A stretch of 42,041 bases of DNA from an uncultured Flavobacterium sp. (lineage in GTDB: Bacteria; Bacteroidota; Bacteroidia; Flavobacteriales; Flavobacteriaceae). Shown in pieces: positions 27,901 through 36,956 of the stretch; within the stretch, counting starts at the first letter, position 1, and each line of letters begins with the position of its first letter. The translations under genes were made by a program, and so were the position numbers. The notes under the pieces are model-generated. The model was not told the DNA's origin. It made no database searches and worked only from the letters and a program-made list of their open reading frames with translations. The stretch spans positions 1-42,041 of the forward strand of contig CAZOQH010000001.1 in the NCBI GenBank assembly GCA_964581855.1. The letters run 5' to 3'.

Positions 27901-28230
27901 AAGTTGAGGTTGAAAAAAGGATATTTTGATAAAACTATGGAAATATACGGAACTAGCGGACAACCCCATTTTATTTCAGAATACGCGTACGGAAAAATCA
28001 ATGGTAAAAGAACAGAATATTATACAAATGGTAAAATATATAAAATAGAAAACTTTAATGCAGGAAGCTTTGAAGGTCTGCAAGAATACTTCTCTGAAGA
28101 TGGGAAAACTATAATTTCAGCCGAATATAGTTGGGACGAACTTCACGGAAACTTTAAAACTTTTAAAAACGGAAATCTAGTAATGCATAAAATATATGAC
28201 TCGGATGAATTGGTTGAAATTAAAAAATAA
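24943..28230 (+). CDS. Large exported protein with N-terminal TPR repeats and a long MORN-variant (YwqK-like) repeat region
   Basis: SPI signal ending ...LLS-Q; TPR helices (AGDYQKAIEQYEK, QKAVDYLKKVVTNNPNH); about 700 aa of G-x(4)-YY-x-NG repeats. Confidence 0.88.
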   Translation: MNTLHFRTDFLSLKFLFIIILFTPLSLLSQQKYSEIYDSAAFIETGKQFHQAGDYQKAIEQYEKIYKTDSDYLVAQYEKALSLTALEKTDEALALLEKLYSENLMPENPELFILYGTLLSDKEDYEMSEKVYKEAETIIPDATGLLYNMAIMYIRKQEVQKAVDYLKKVVTNNPNHASSHYILGILAYENGKVVEGSLAMLGYLSNFPTGRFAYEALKRLNTNMGQHYLTTTDVVFSEKGDDFSELELILRNQLPLNSKYKLKVDIDDVVTRQIQAIVEYASTHEVKDGFFENIYIPFLADIQNKKYTEQFIYYTLIAAEENLGKKLTNHKKKILEFNDNYIRNHFRAVYTKRKIEHFGSVQEVSIYFEEEYPYLVGADVNGVLQGKFKMLNKLGQITGELNYKDGKLDGLQTYYYSDGAKFEEVTYSNGIKNGIYKEYYKNGNLKSEATFKNDVLDGEGFSYFMNGGKRCVRPIKEGKLTGLSVCYYPNGTKQSEYEYLNDKLNGKAIDYNEQGDIISSYYYLDGLLNGEAITYYDGKIISSQTNYDKGYAVQSYKEFYENGQPKKEFLLNGTKVDKVIEYHPNGKMQSETFYDNKEQTDKYVYYNESGEKYFEERYRNGKVRAGYQYTKNNTEPTEVSISKKEFEIKDLDGNTRMIGAFAKGMMNGEWTYFDSNGLIKTKQHFEDDLTKGLRYDYERGKINGIYYQEKGNLIGLYEGFSDENLFVKMYFNQGQRNGPYQYFYRNGNVDYEGYLIDGKAYLKHFSYFQDGTICKEAEYFEDYLINLKNFNKDGTLESEISYANKNGLTTYTENGGLVKVTVEHKNGIRNGNLIIKDKSDDLILTSTYVNDVIHGKYIKYYPNQKLALEGEYYNGKNNGLFKYHDLNGKLRLTVEYILGKEFGKGTRFYQNGKTLYQYNMVNDQKNGEQTFYNLDGKVIALIGYEMDTPKYYKVLTKDGSLGEAQKIDLKSEVEILSKYADGKTAFKLRLKKGYFDKTMEIYGTSGQPHFISEYAYGKINGKRTEYYTNGKIYKIENFNAGSFEGLQEYFSEDGKTIISAEYSWDELHGNFKTFKNGNLVMHKIYDSDELVEIKK

Positions 28231-30133
28231 ACATTTAGTTTTTATTATATTTTCCTTGGGAGTTTACTTCGGTTTTGCACAAGACCTCGAAAAATGGCAG
28301 AAAAAATACGAAGGACATCATGAGCTTATATTAAAAGAATCTCAAACGTATAATTTTACTATAAATAAAAATAAATTACACGTTGTGCAGGATAACTATT
28401 TCGAATCGATTATTTTTTCGGAAATGGGAATTCACAACAATAGCGAACTATTGCACTATTCGGATCTTGTTCCACTCAAAAGTCATGAAGCGTTTACTAT
28501 AATTAACGATAGAGGAAAGGAAAAGAAAATCGCCATAAAACAATATACAGACAAAAAAGCCCAACAAAGAAATGTTTTTTATAGTGATTTAATAGAAAGA
28601 AAAATTGTTTTTCCGAACCTTGAAGTAGGAGCTAAAAAAACATATTCGTATCAATCCGAGTTTTTAGACCCTTTTTTGTTGCACCGTTTTAGTTTTGTTA
28701 GTGATTTACCTATTAAAAAAAGTTCTTTCGAAATTATAGCTGACAAAGGAATTGAAATAGGATACAAGATATTTAATGATTTCGAAAATAGAATTGTGTT
28801 TTCGAAAAAAGAACACAAAGGAAAAAACATTTACACTTGGGAAATGAATGAAGTCCTTCCGCTAAAATACGAATCAAACAATCCGGGATATTTGTACATA
28901 GCTCCTCATATTGTTTTTTATATTCAAAGCTATATGGCAGGAAAAGAAAAGGTTGAGCTTTTAGGAAATATTGATCAACTGTACAAATATTACTTAAACT
29001 TTGTCAAGGACCTTAATAAAAACGAAGATGCTGAACTGAAAGCAATTACCGAACAGCTTGTCAAAGGAATGACTTCTGATAAAGAAAAAATTAAAGCTAT
29101 TTTTTACTGGGTAAAAGACAATATCAAATATGTAGCATTTGAAAACGGTTACGAAGGTTTTATTCCACGTGAGGCCTCGGTGGTCAATCAAAGACGATTC
29201 GGAGACTGTAAAGATATGTCGAGTATTATTACTGATATGGCTAGATATGCCAATGTTCCAAACGTAAATTTATGTTGGGTTGGAACTCGGAGAATTCCAT
29301 ATTCGTATGCAGAAGTTTCGACTCCAGCAGTAGATGACCACATGATTGCAAGTGTTGAAATAGATGGCGAAATTATTTTTTTGGATGCAACAGATAGCGA
29401 AACTCCATTCGGATTACCAAGTAGCTTCATTCAAGGAAAAGAAGTTTTGGTAAGAGATGGAGAATCCTATAAAATTGTTAAGGCTCCTATTGTGGAAGCA
29501 GCCAAAAATAGCGTTTCTGAAAAAATTAAAGCAAAACTTACAGGTGCTAAAATTGAAGGGAAAGGTCAGTTTTTTATGGAAGGCCTGGCAAGAACAAATT
29601 TCTTGTTGAATATTGGAGATGCTTCAAACAAAGCAAGATTTGACATTATAAAAGGCTTGGTTCAAAAAGGGAATAATAAATTCAACCTGAAAGATTATCA
29701 AGAATACAATATTTCAGACAGAGATCTTCCTTATCAGGTCGATTTTAACTTTGAATTAGACAATTATGTGGTAGAAGTTTCGGATGAAATGTACGTCAAT
29801 CTTTTTTTAGATAAACCTCTAGAAAAACTGACCATAGAAGCAGACAGAAAATCAATGTATGAATTTGATTTTTTATTTGTACAATCTTTAGAAATAGAAC
29901 TCGAAATTCCGGAAAACATGAAGGTTAAAACCCTTCCTGAAAATGCATCACTAAACAATGATTTGGTCAAATATAAGGTGGAGTACGAACTAAAAGACAG
30001 AAAAATAATACTAAAGTTTGAAATAGAAACGAAGAAAATTCTTTTAGAAAAATCCGATTTTGAACTTTGGAACCAGACCATAAAAGATTTAAAATCATTG
30101 TATAACGAAATGATTATGCTAAAAACTAAATAA
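28205..30133 (+). CDS. DUF3857 + transglutaminase-like domain protein (intact Cys-His-Asp triad)
   Basis: Signal peptide ...GFA-Q; IFYWVKDNIKY, GDCKD (Cys), DHMIA (His), FLDAT (Asp); overlaps the upstream gene; alternative start 28196. Confidence 0.9.
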   Translation: MNWLKLKNKHLVFIIFSLGVYFGFAQDLEKWQKKYEGHHELILKESQTYNFTINKNKLHVVQDNYFESIIFSEMGIHNNSELLHYSDLVPLKSHEAFTIINDRGKEKKIAIKQYTDKKAQQRNVFYSDLIERKIVFPNLEVGAKKTYSYQSEFLDPFLLHRFSFVSDLPIKKSSFEIIADKGIEIGYKIFNDFENRIVFSKKEHKGKNIYTWEMNEVLPLKYESNNPGYLYIAPHIVFYIQSYMAGKEKVELLGNIDQLYKYYLNFVKDLNKNEDAELKAITEQLVKGMTSDKEKIKAIFYWVKDNIKYVAFENGYEGFIPREASVVNQRRFGDCKDMSSIITDMARYANVPNVNLCWVGTRRIPYSYAEVSTPAVDDHMIASVEIDGEIIFLDATDSETPFGLPSSFIQGKEVLVRDGESYKIVKAPIVEAAKNSVSEKIKAKLTGAKIEGKGQFFMEGLARTNFLLNIGDASNKARFDIIKGLVQKGNNKFNLKDYQEYNISDRDLPYQVDFNFELDNYVVEVSDEMYVNLFLDKPLEKLTIEADRKSMYEFDFLFVQSLEIELEIPENMKVKTLPENASLNNDLVKYKVEYELKDRKIILKFEIETKKILLEKSDFELWNQTIKDLKSLYNEMIMLKTK

Positions 30134-30140
30134 ACCATTT

Positions 30141-32105
30141 ATGAAAAAAAAACTATTTTATTCAACACTCGTTTTATTTTTGGTTGTATCAACCAAGGGT
30201 AACGCTCAAGATTTTGAATTTCAAAATTACGACTTCACCAATCATAACTTTACCATCCCTAAACAATATGAAAACGAAAATGAAGTCATCTTAGAACAAA
30301 ACATCAAAGTAGAACTTGTTCCAACTGCCAATTCATCTGTTCAATATTATTTGTTTCACGAAAAAGTTTATATCAATTCTCATAATGCCATCGAAAGAAA
30401 TAATAGAGTTTATATTCCTTCACGAGTAGACGAATCGTTAGTAAAAAATAAGGTTCGAATTATCAAGAAAAATGGAGAAATACTCAGTTTTGATGCTAAG
30501 GATATTAAAGAAGAAATTGATGAAGAAAGAGGTGTCAAATACAATTATTATGCGATAAACGGACTTGAGAAAGGCGCAATCCTCGAGAAGATTTTTATAT
30601 TAAAAGAAAATCCCGAATTGAGAGGCGTTTCGATAAAAATGCAAAGCGAATATCCGATAGCAAATATTTCGTTTGAACTAATTTATCCTCAATATTTAGG
30701 ATTTAAATATAAATCTTATAACGGACTTCCGGAAGCTGAATTTAATAATGATGCTTATGAAGGAAAACATTCGATATCCGTAGTAGATGCAAATATTGAC
30801 GGACTTTCGGATGAAGAAAGGTATTCAAACTGGAATAAACACATTAAAAAGTTCCGATATAAATTGTTTTCAAATTCTTATACAGGAGCTAACAATCTAT
30901 TTAGCTATAGTGATTTTGCTAGAAATGTGTACGAGAATTTACATCCCGAAATCGACAAGAAAAACCAAAAGTCAATAGATGATTTCGTAAAAACTATTAC
31001 AAAATCAAAAAATCAGGAGGAACAAATATGGAATATCGAAAGCAAAATAAAAACATCTATTGTTCATAACAGATACTTTAATTCGAACAAAGACTTCACA
31101 GATGTATTAAAAAACAAACAGGCAAATGATTTAGAATTGTTGAGGCTGTATTTAGCTGTATTCGAAAGATTTGACATCCCAGCCGAAGTGGTAATGACAT
31201 CCAAAAGATATCTCAAAGACTTTGATATCGACTTCGAAACTACTGATAATCTTGAAGAGGTTCTGTTCTATTTTCCTAAAGTGAATAAATATTTAGAACC
31301 AACTTCTATAGAGTACCGATTTCCTTTTTTCAATTTTAATTACGGAGAAAATTACGGACTGTTTATCCAGGAAAAAGAGTTTGGAGGAGCAAAAATGGGA
31401 ATAGGAACTGTTAAAAAAATAGAAATTCCTACAGGAGACGTAACCCATGATTATATGAATATTACAATCGATTTTTCTAAAGATGTAGAAAATCCTTTGG
31501 TTCATACTAATATTAGTTTTGGAGGATATTCGGCTTTAAACCTACAAACGATTAAAGATTTTGTAACAGAGGAAGACTACCGAGAAATATTAAAAGAAAT
31601 CGCCAAAAATTATACCTTGGAGGCAGAATACAAAACTATAGAGACTAAAAATGATGGATTAGAATCAATAGGGAAAAAGCCATTCATTTTAGATTTAACC
31701 TTCGAAGGAAAAGATTATATCCAAAAAGCAGGAAACAACATCCTATTTAAAGTAGGTGAAACCATCGGAAAACAAATCGAATTGTATCAAGAAGATCAAA
31801 GACAGTTGCCTGTAGAGATTTACTATCCTCATAATTACACCCGAACCATCAAAATTATTTTACCTAAAGATTATGTGGCTAAAAATTTGGATAGCTTTAA
31901 TATGGATCATAAAACTGTAATAGACGGAAAAACTGAAGCCGCATTTATAAGTTCGTATGAACAAAAATCAAACGAAATATTTGTTACTAATTCAGAGTAT
32001 TACAGTGTAATTCACTATCCTTTAGAAGTTTTTGAGTCGTACAGACAAGTTATAAATGCAGCAGCTGATTTTAATAAAATTACTTTAGTAATAAGTAAAG
32101 AATAA
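30141..32105 (+). CDS. DUF3857 domain protein, degenerate transglutaminase-like paralogue
   Basis: Signal peptide ...GNA-Q; same architecture as the upstream gene, but triad positions read ANDLE / EEVLF / YLEPT. Confidence 0.82.
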   Translation: MKKKLFYSTLVLFLVVSTKGNAQDFEFQNYDFTNHNFTIPKQYENENEVILEQNIKVELVPTANSSVQYYLFHEKVYINSHNAIERNNRVYIPSRVDESLVKNKVRIIKKNGEILSFDAKDIKEEIDEERGVKYNYYAINGLEKGAILEKIFILKENPELRGVSIKMQSEYPIANISFELIYPQYLGFKYKSYNGLPEAEFNNDAYEGKHSISVVDANIDGLSDEERYSNWNKHIKKFRYKLFSNSYTGANNLFSYSDFARNVYENLHPEIDKKNQKSIDDFVKTITKSKNQEEQIWNIESKIKTSIVHNRYFNSNKDFTDVLKNKQANDLELLRLYLAVFERFDIPAEVVMTSKRYLKDFDIDFETTDNLEEVLFYFPKVNKYLEPTSIEYRFPFFNFNYGENYGLFIQEKEFGGAKMGIGTVKKIEIPTGDVTHDYMNITIDFSKDVENPLVHTNISFGGYSALNLQTIKDFVTEEDYREILKEIAKNYTLEAEYKTIETKNDGLESIGKKPFILDLTFEGKDYIQKAGNNILFKVGETIGKQIELYQEDQRQLPVEIYYPHNYTRTIKIILPKDYVAKNLDSFNMDHKTVIDGKTEAAFISSYEQKSNEIFVTNSEYYSVIHYPLEVFESYRQVINAAADFNKITLVISKE

Positions 32106-32116
32106 CCAATAAAATG

Positions 32117-32150
32117 ACAAGTTCAGAATACGCAGGTACTCTGAACTTGT
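32117..32150. terminator. Hairpin between convergent genes (probable terminator)
   Basis: ACAAGTTCAGA...TCTGAACTTGT 11-bp perfect stem; weak U-tracts. Confidence 0.6.
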
Positions 32151-32158
32151 TAAATCAG

Positions 32159-34609
32159 TTATTCCTTTTTTCGCACAGCACAATAAACTCCACCCGCAAT
32201 AAGTAAAATCATAATTAACGAGCTAATCAGAGCAATTGAGCTTCCGGTTTTTACCACTTGAGGTTCAAAACGAAATTCAATCGTATGATTTCCTTTTGGG
32301 ATTTGTAAAGCTCGGAGGGTGTAGTTTACTTCAAAAATTTCAGCCTCGTTTCCATCAATAGTTGCTATCCAACCATGAGGATAATAAACTTCGGAGAAAA
32401 CCGCCAATCCGTCATTTTGATTTTGAGATTGGTATTTTAAATAATTGGGTTTGTATTCTACTAATTCGATAGAAGATAAACTATCGGTTTGAAAGTGGAT
32501 ATTTGTGACTTCTTTTGCTTTTATAGGAAAGTCTTTTAAGTTTAAAATAGCCGTATTTTTATTCAAATTCTCTAAAGACTTCATCACTTCATCAGCCGAA
32601 TTTACCACTTGAACTTGATTTACAAACCATGCATTTCCGTAAGCTTCATCGTTTAATATCGGAATTGTATTACCCTCTTCATCCGTATCTAAAATATACT
32701 TTACGTTGAGCATATTTAGTATTTCTTGATTTCCTTGCGTAATCTGGTAATCGTATAACTCCTGAATTTTCTTGGGTTTTACAGCACTATATCCTCCAAC
32801 AGAGTGATGAAAATACGAAGTTCTCGCACTGCTCATTGCACCTTGGAATTCAAAAACTCGGAAATGAGATGAATCCTCTAATATGGCTTTGTCAGCCTGA
32901 GTAGGAGCGAAGGGTTCTTGCATTTTGTAACTTTCTACAAAACTATCTTCATTTACATAATTCTTTCCAACCAAAAACAAATCACCAACCATCAGGATTC
33001 CTATTAGGATAATGGCAATATTTGCTTTAAGTTTTTCTTTATGAAATAACACTAAAACTAATCCGGAAAAAACTACAAGCAAAATACTGCGTATCAAATC
33101 AGCTGAATACATTTGAGCTCTATCGGCCTGAAGGGCCTCCATAAATCCGTATCCGAAAGAATTATCCTGAACAATTTGGTTTAAATAATTTATCAAAAAT
33201 TCGTCATTCGGAGAAGTAAAACTGAACATTCCTTTTCCGAAGAGCAATACGACAAGTAAGCCGAGTGTTATGGCTCCGGCTTTTTTCAGAGAATCCCATT
33301 GTTCTTCTTTGCTTGCTTTTAAGAAAGAAGTCAATCCTAAAACAGCTATAACCGGAATACATAATTCCAAAATAACCTGAATAGACGAAACGGCTCTAAA
33401 CTTGTTATACATCGGTACATTATTGATGAAAAAATCAGTCAATAACGGGAAGTTTTTCCCCCACGAAAGTAAAAGCGATAAAACTGCACCAGCTACAAAA
33501 ACATATTTTATTTTTCGTTTTTCAACAAATAAAGCCAAGATAAATAAAAAGAAAACTACAGCTCCGATATAAGCAGGAGCGGCTACAATAGGCTGATCGC
33601 CCCAATAGGTTCTTCCGAAATTATCCCTTAATTGGCCAACGTATTCATACGGAATTCCCTGACGAACCAAATACTGATGTACCTCAGAGGTTTCGTCTAG
33701 CTTCTCCGAATTTCCTCCTCCGAAAAGTCGTGGTGCAATAAGATTTAGACTTTCTGCTTTTCCGTAACTGTACTCGGTAATATATTCGTAACTCATTGCA
33801 TTACTCGAAACTTTCGGGCTTCCGTCCGGATTAGTAGTCAGTTCGCTATTGCTCCGGGTACTAACTTTGGCATATTCAGAAGTAGCCATTAAATTCGTAG
33901 CATTTGCACCAACAGCTAAAATTGCTGCCACAACAAATACTCCGATGATTTTTGCGTAATCTTTGTAGGCTTTTGATTTTATGAATTTGTAGGTATAATA
34001 TATCCCGATAATCAGTAGTAAAAACAGCAAATAATAAGTCATCTGAAAGTGATTGGCCTGAATTTCCAGAGCTGCTGCTACCATAGTGAGTAGTCCGCCT
34101 AAAATGTATTTTCGTTGGAAAACCAGTAAAACTCCCGCTACCACCATAGGCATATAAGCAATTGCATGAGCTTTTGCATTGTGTCCGACTCCGAGAATAA
34201 TGATTAAATAGGTCGAGAAGCCGAAAGCCAATGCTCCAATAAAAGCTTTGAGAGGTTTGATTCGTAAAGCTAAAAGCAGTACATAAAACCCTATGAAATA
34301 CAAAAACAAGTAGTCAGCCGGACGAGGTAAAAAACGCAATACCGAATCTAAACTTTTTACGTAATTATGCGGATATTTTGCTCCAAGCTGATAAGTTGGC
34401 ATTCCTCCAAAAGCAGAATTTGTCCAATACGGTTCGGTATCCTCTGCTTTGCGGAAATCGTTTTGTTCTTTAGCCATTCCGATATATTGCACAATATCAG
34501 ATTGATAAATTTCCTTGCCTTGCAAAACAGGATAAAAGTAGATAAGGGCAACTATTACAAAGCCTAAAAAAGCCAGAATATGAGGAACGAATTTTTTTTG
34601 TTTTTCCAT
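32159..34609 (-). CDS. YfhO family polytopic membrane protein (GT-C-like)
   Basis: Many TM helices; WTNSAFGGMP, NHFQMTYY, YWGDQP...PAYIG, VFSEVYYPHGW, NYTLRAL; promoter TACATTTG (34636-34629). Confidence 0.88.
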   Translation of the reverse strand: MEKQKKFVPHILAFLGFVIVALIYFYPVLQGKEIYQSDIVQYIGMAKEQNDFRKAEDTEPYWTNSAFGGMPTYQLGAKYPHNYVKSLDSVLRFLPRPADYLFLYFIGFYVLLLALRIKPLKAFIGALAFGFSTYLIIILGVGHNAKAHAIAYMPMVVAGVLLVFQRKYILGGLLTMVAAALEIQANHFQMTYYLLFLLLIIGIYYTYKFIKSKAYKDYAKIIGVFVVAAILAVGANATNLMATSEYAKVSTRSNSELTTNPDGSPKVSSNAMSYEYITEYSYGKAESLNLIAPRLFGGGNSEKLDETSEVHQYLVRQGIPYEYVGQLRDNFGRTYWGDQPIVAAPAYIGAVVFFLFILALFVEKRKIKYVFVAGAVLSLLLSWGKNFPLLTDFFINNVPMYNKFRAVSSIQVILELCIPVIAVLGLTSFLKASKEEQWDSLKKAGAITLGLLVVLLFGKGMFSFTSPNDEFLINYLNQIVQDNSFGYGFMEALQADRAQMYSADLIRSILLVVFSGLVLVLFHKEKLKANIAIILIGILMVGDLFLVGKNYVNEDSFVESYKMQEPFAPTQADKAILEDSSHFRVFEFQGAMSSARTSYFHHSVGGYSAVKPKKIQELYDYQITQGNQEILNMLNVKYILDTDEEGNTIPILNDEAYGNAWFVNQVQVVNSADEVMKSLENLNKNTAILNLKDFPIKAKEVTNIHFQTDSLSSIELVEYKPNYLKYQSQNQNDGLAVFSEVYYPHGWIATIDGNEAEIFEVNYTLRALQIPKGNHTIEFRFEPQVVKTGSSIALISSLIMILLIAGGVYCAVRKKE

Positions 34610-34681
34610 AAGACGTATTTATAGCTTACAAATGTAACGAAATTTATAACTTTGATACTAATCTTATAAAAAACGAAAAAC

Positions 34682-34999
34682 ATGATTTTAACTACAACCC
34701 ACACTATCGAAGGCAGCCCAATCAGAGAATACAAAGGAATCGTAACAGGCGAAACCATTATTGGAGCCAATGCCATCAAAGACTTTATGGCAGGACTGAC
34801 CGACTTTTTTGGAGGACGTTCTTCTACTTACGAAAAAGTACTGATTGAAGCCAAAAACACAGCACTGGCAGAAATGAAACAAAGAGCTCAAGCTATGGGA
34901 GCCAATGCAATTGTCGGAATCGATTTGGACTACGAAACACTTGGCAATAACGGAGGAATGCTCATGGTAACAGCAAGCGGTACGGCTGTAGTGATTTAA
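34682..34999 (+). CDS. YbjQ / UPF0145 family protein
   Basis: MILTTT...[11 protein letters not shown]...GGRS..YE...[13 protein letters not shown]...[11 protein letters not shown]; promoter TAACTTTG (34647-34654). Confidence 0.93.
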   Translation: MILTTTHTIEGSPIREYKGIVTGETIIGANAIKDFMAGLTDFFGGRSSTYEKVLIEAKNTALAEMKQRAQAMGANAIVGIDLDYETLGNNGGMLMVTASGTAVVI

Positions 35000-35099
35000 T
35001 CTTTTCGCATTGATTATTGTTTTTATTTGTAAAGTTATAGAGAAACTTTTTATTATTTCTGTAGTAAGGATTATCTTTGCTTTTTAATAGAAATCAACA

Positions 35100-36446
35100 A
35101 TGCAACAACTAACACAACTCAATGCAATTTCTCCTATTGACGGGAGATATCGAAACAAAACACAAGATTTAGCACTTTATTTTTCAGAAGAAGCACTTAT
35201 TCGATATAGAGTGCTGGTCGAAATAGAATATTTTATTGCTCTTTGCGAGCTTCCTTTACCACAACTTAAAGGAGTAGATAAAAGTCTGTTTGACTCGCTT
35301 CGTGATATTTACAAAAACTTTAGTTCTGAAGATGCGCTTGCTATCAAAGAAATCGAAAAAACCACCAATCACGATGTAAAGGCAGTTGAATACTTTATTA
35401 AAGATGCTTTTGATAGATTAGGACTTTCTCAGTACAAAGAGTTTATTCATTTCGGACTGACTTCTCAAGACATAAACAATACGGCTATTCCGCTTTCGAC
35501 TCAGGAGGCCTTTCAGGAGGTATATCTAAAACTATTAATAAAACTCGTATCCAAGCTAAAAGAATTAAGTATAGAATGGGCAGATATTCCGATGTTGGCT
35601 AGAACACATGGACAGCCCGCATCTCCGACTCGCTTAGGTAAAGAAATTGGGGTTTTTGTAGAAAGATTGGAGGAGCAAATGCGATTATTGTTCAATATTC
35701 CGTTTGCTGCTAAATTCGGAGGAGCTACCGGAAACTATAATGCACACAAAGTTGCTTATCCAGAAGTGGATTGGAGAGCTTTTGGCCAAAAATTTGTAGA
35801 AGACACATTAGGGCTTCATCATTCATTCCCGACAACACAAATAGAACATTACGATCATTTTGCTGCTTTTTTTGATGCCTTAAAGCGAATCAATACCATA
35901 ATAATTGATTTAGACAGAGATATTTGGACGTATATCTCTATGGAATATTTTAAACAAAAAATTAAAGCAGGAGAAGTAGGAAGTTCTGCTATGCCACATA
36001 AAGTAAACCCAATTGATTTTGAGAATTCAGAAGGAAACCTAGGAATTGCAAATGCAATTTTTGAACATTTATCGGCTAAACTTCCGCTTTCTAGACTTCA
36101 AAGAGACTTGACAGATAGTACAGTTTTGCGAAATGTAGGTGTTCCGTTCGGACATACAGTTATCGGTTTTGAAGCTACTTTAAAAGGATTGGATAAATTA
36201 CTTTTGAATGCTGATAAATTTAATGAAGATCTAGATAAAAATTGGGCTGTTGTTGCAGAAGCTATACAAACGGTTTTGCGTAGAGAAAACTATCCAAACC
36301 CTTACGAAGCCTTAAAAGAACTCACCCGAACCAATTCAGTAATTGATAAAAAAGCTATTCATAACTTTATAGGAACTCTAAATGTTTCTGATTCAGTAAA
36401 AGAAGAGTTGATAAAGATTACTCCACAGAATTACCTAGGAATATAA
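35100..36446 (+). CDS. purB: Adenylosuccinate lyase
   Basis: SPIDGRY, TNHDVKAVEY, HFGLTSQDIN, RTHGQPA, GSSAMPHKVNPIDFEN; promoter TATCTTTG (35072-35079). Confidence 0.97.
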   Translation: MQQLTQLNAISPIDGRYRNKTQDLALYFSEEALIRYRVLVEIEYFIALCELPLPQLKGVDKSLFDSLRDIYKNFSSEDALAIKEIEKTTNHDVKAVEYFIKDAFDRLGLSQYKEFIHFGLTSQDINNTAIPLSTQEAFQEVYLKLLIKLVSKLKELSIEWADIPMLARTHGQPASPTRLGKEIGVFVERLEEQMRLLFNIPFAAKFGGATGNYNAHKVAYPEVDWRAFGQKFVEDTLGLHHSFPTTQIEHYDHFAAFFDALKRINTIIIDLDRDIWTYISMEYFKQKIKAGEVGSSAMPHKVNPIDFENSEGNLGIANAIFEHLSAKLPLSRLQRDLTDSTVLRNVGVPFGHTVIGFEATLKGLDKLLLNADKFNEDLDKNWAVVAEAIQTVLRRENYPNPYEALKELTRTNSVIDKKAIHNFIGTLNVSDSVKEELIKITPQNYLGI

Positions 36447-36478
36447 TCTGTTATTCAATAACATAAACACAGTTAAAA

Positions 36479-36910
36479 ATGAAAATAGCTATCGGAAATG
36501 ACCATGCAGGCACATTGTACAAAAAAGCAATTGTAAAGCATCTTGAAGAAAAAGGATACGAAGTCATCAATCACGGAACAGATGCCTTGGAGAGTGTAGA
36601 TTATCCTGATTTTGTACATCCTGTAGCTTTGGATGTAGAATCAAAAAAGGCAGATTTCGGAATTGTGATTTGTGGAAGTGGAAATGGCGTAGCTATTACT
36701 GCTAATAAACATCAAGGCATTCGATGTGCACTTTGTTGGACCAAAGAAATTGCCGAATTAGCCAGACAACACAACAACGCAAATATGATAAGCATTCCTG
36801 CAAGATATACAGCTTTAGAACAAGCTGTCGCTATAGTTGATACTTTTTTAGGCACAAGTTTTGAAGGAGGAAGACATCAAAATAGAGTTAACAAAATTGC
36901 TTGTAAATAA
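36479..36910 (+). CDS. rpiB: Ribose 5-phosphate isomerase B
   Basis: IGNDHAG, DYPD, ICGSGNG, ARQHNNAN, FEGGRHQNR. Confidence 0.95.
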   Translation: MKIAIGNDHAGTLYKKAIVKHLEEKGYEVINHGTDALESVDYPDFVHPVALDVESKKADFGIVICGSGNGVAITANKHQGIRCALCWTKEIAELARQHNNANMISIPARYTALEQAVAIVDTFLGTSFEGGRHQNRVNKIACK

Positions 36911-36956
36911 TAAAATTTTGTTTTTTTAGTTAAGAAAACAATCAAGGTTTTATAAT

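Noticed and set aside
24943-28230. Toxin-antitoxin (YwqJK) or RHS/YD polymorphic toxin interpretation
   Set aside because: No toxin domain, no RHS core PxxxxDPxG motif, no adjacent toxin gene; the protein has a signal peptide and TPRs
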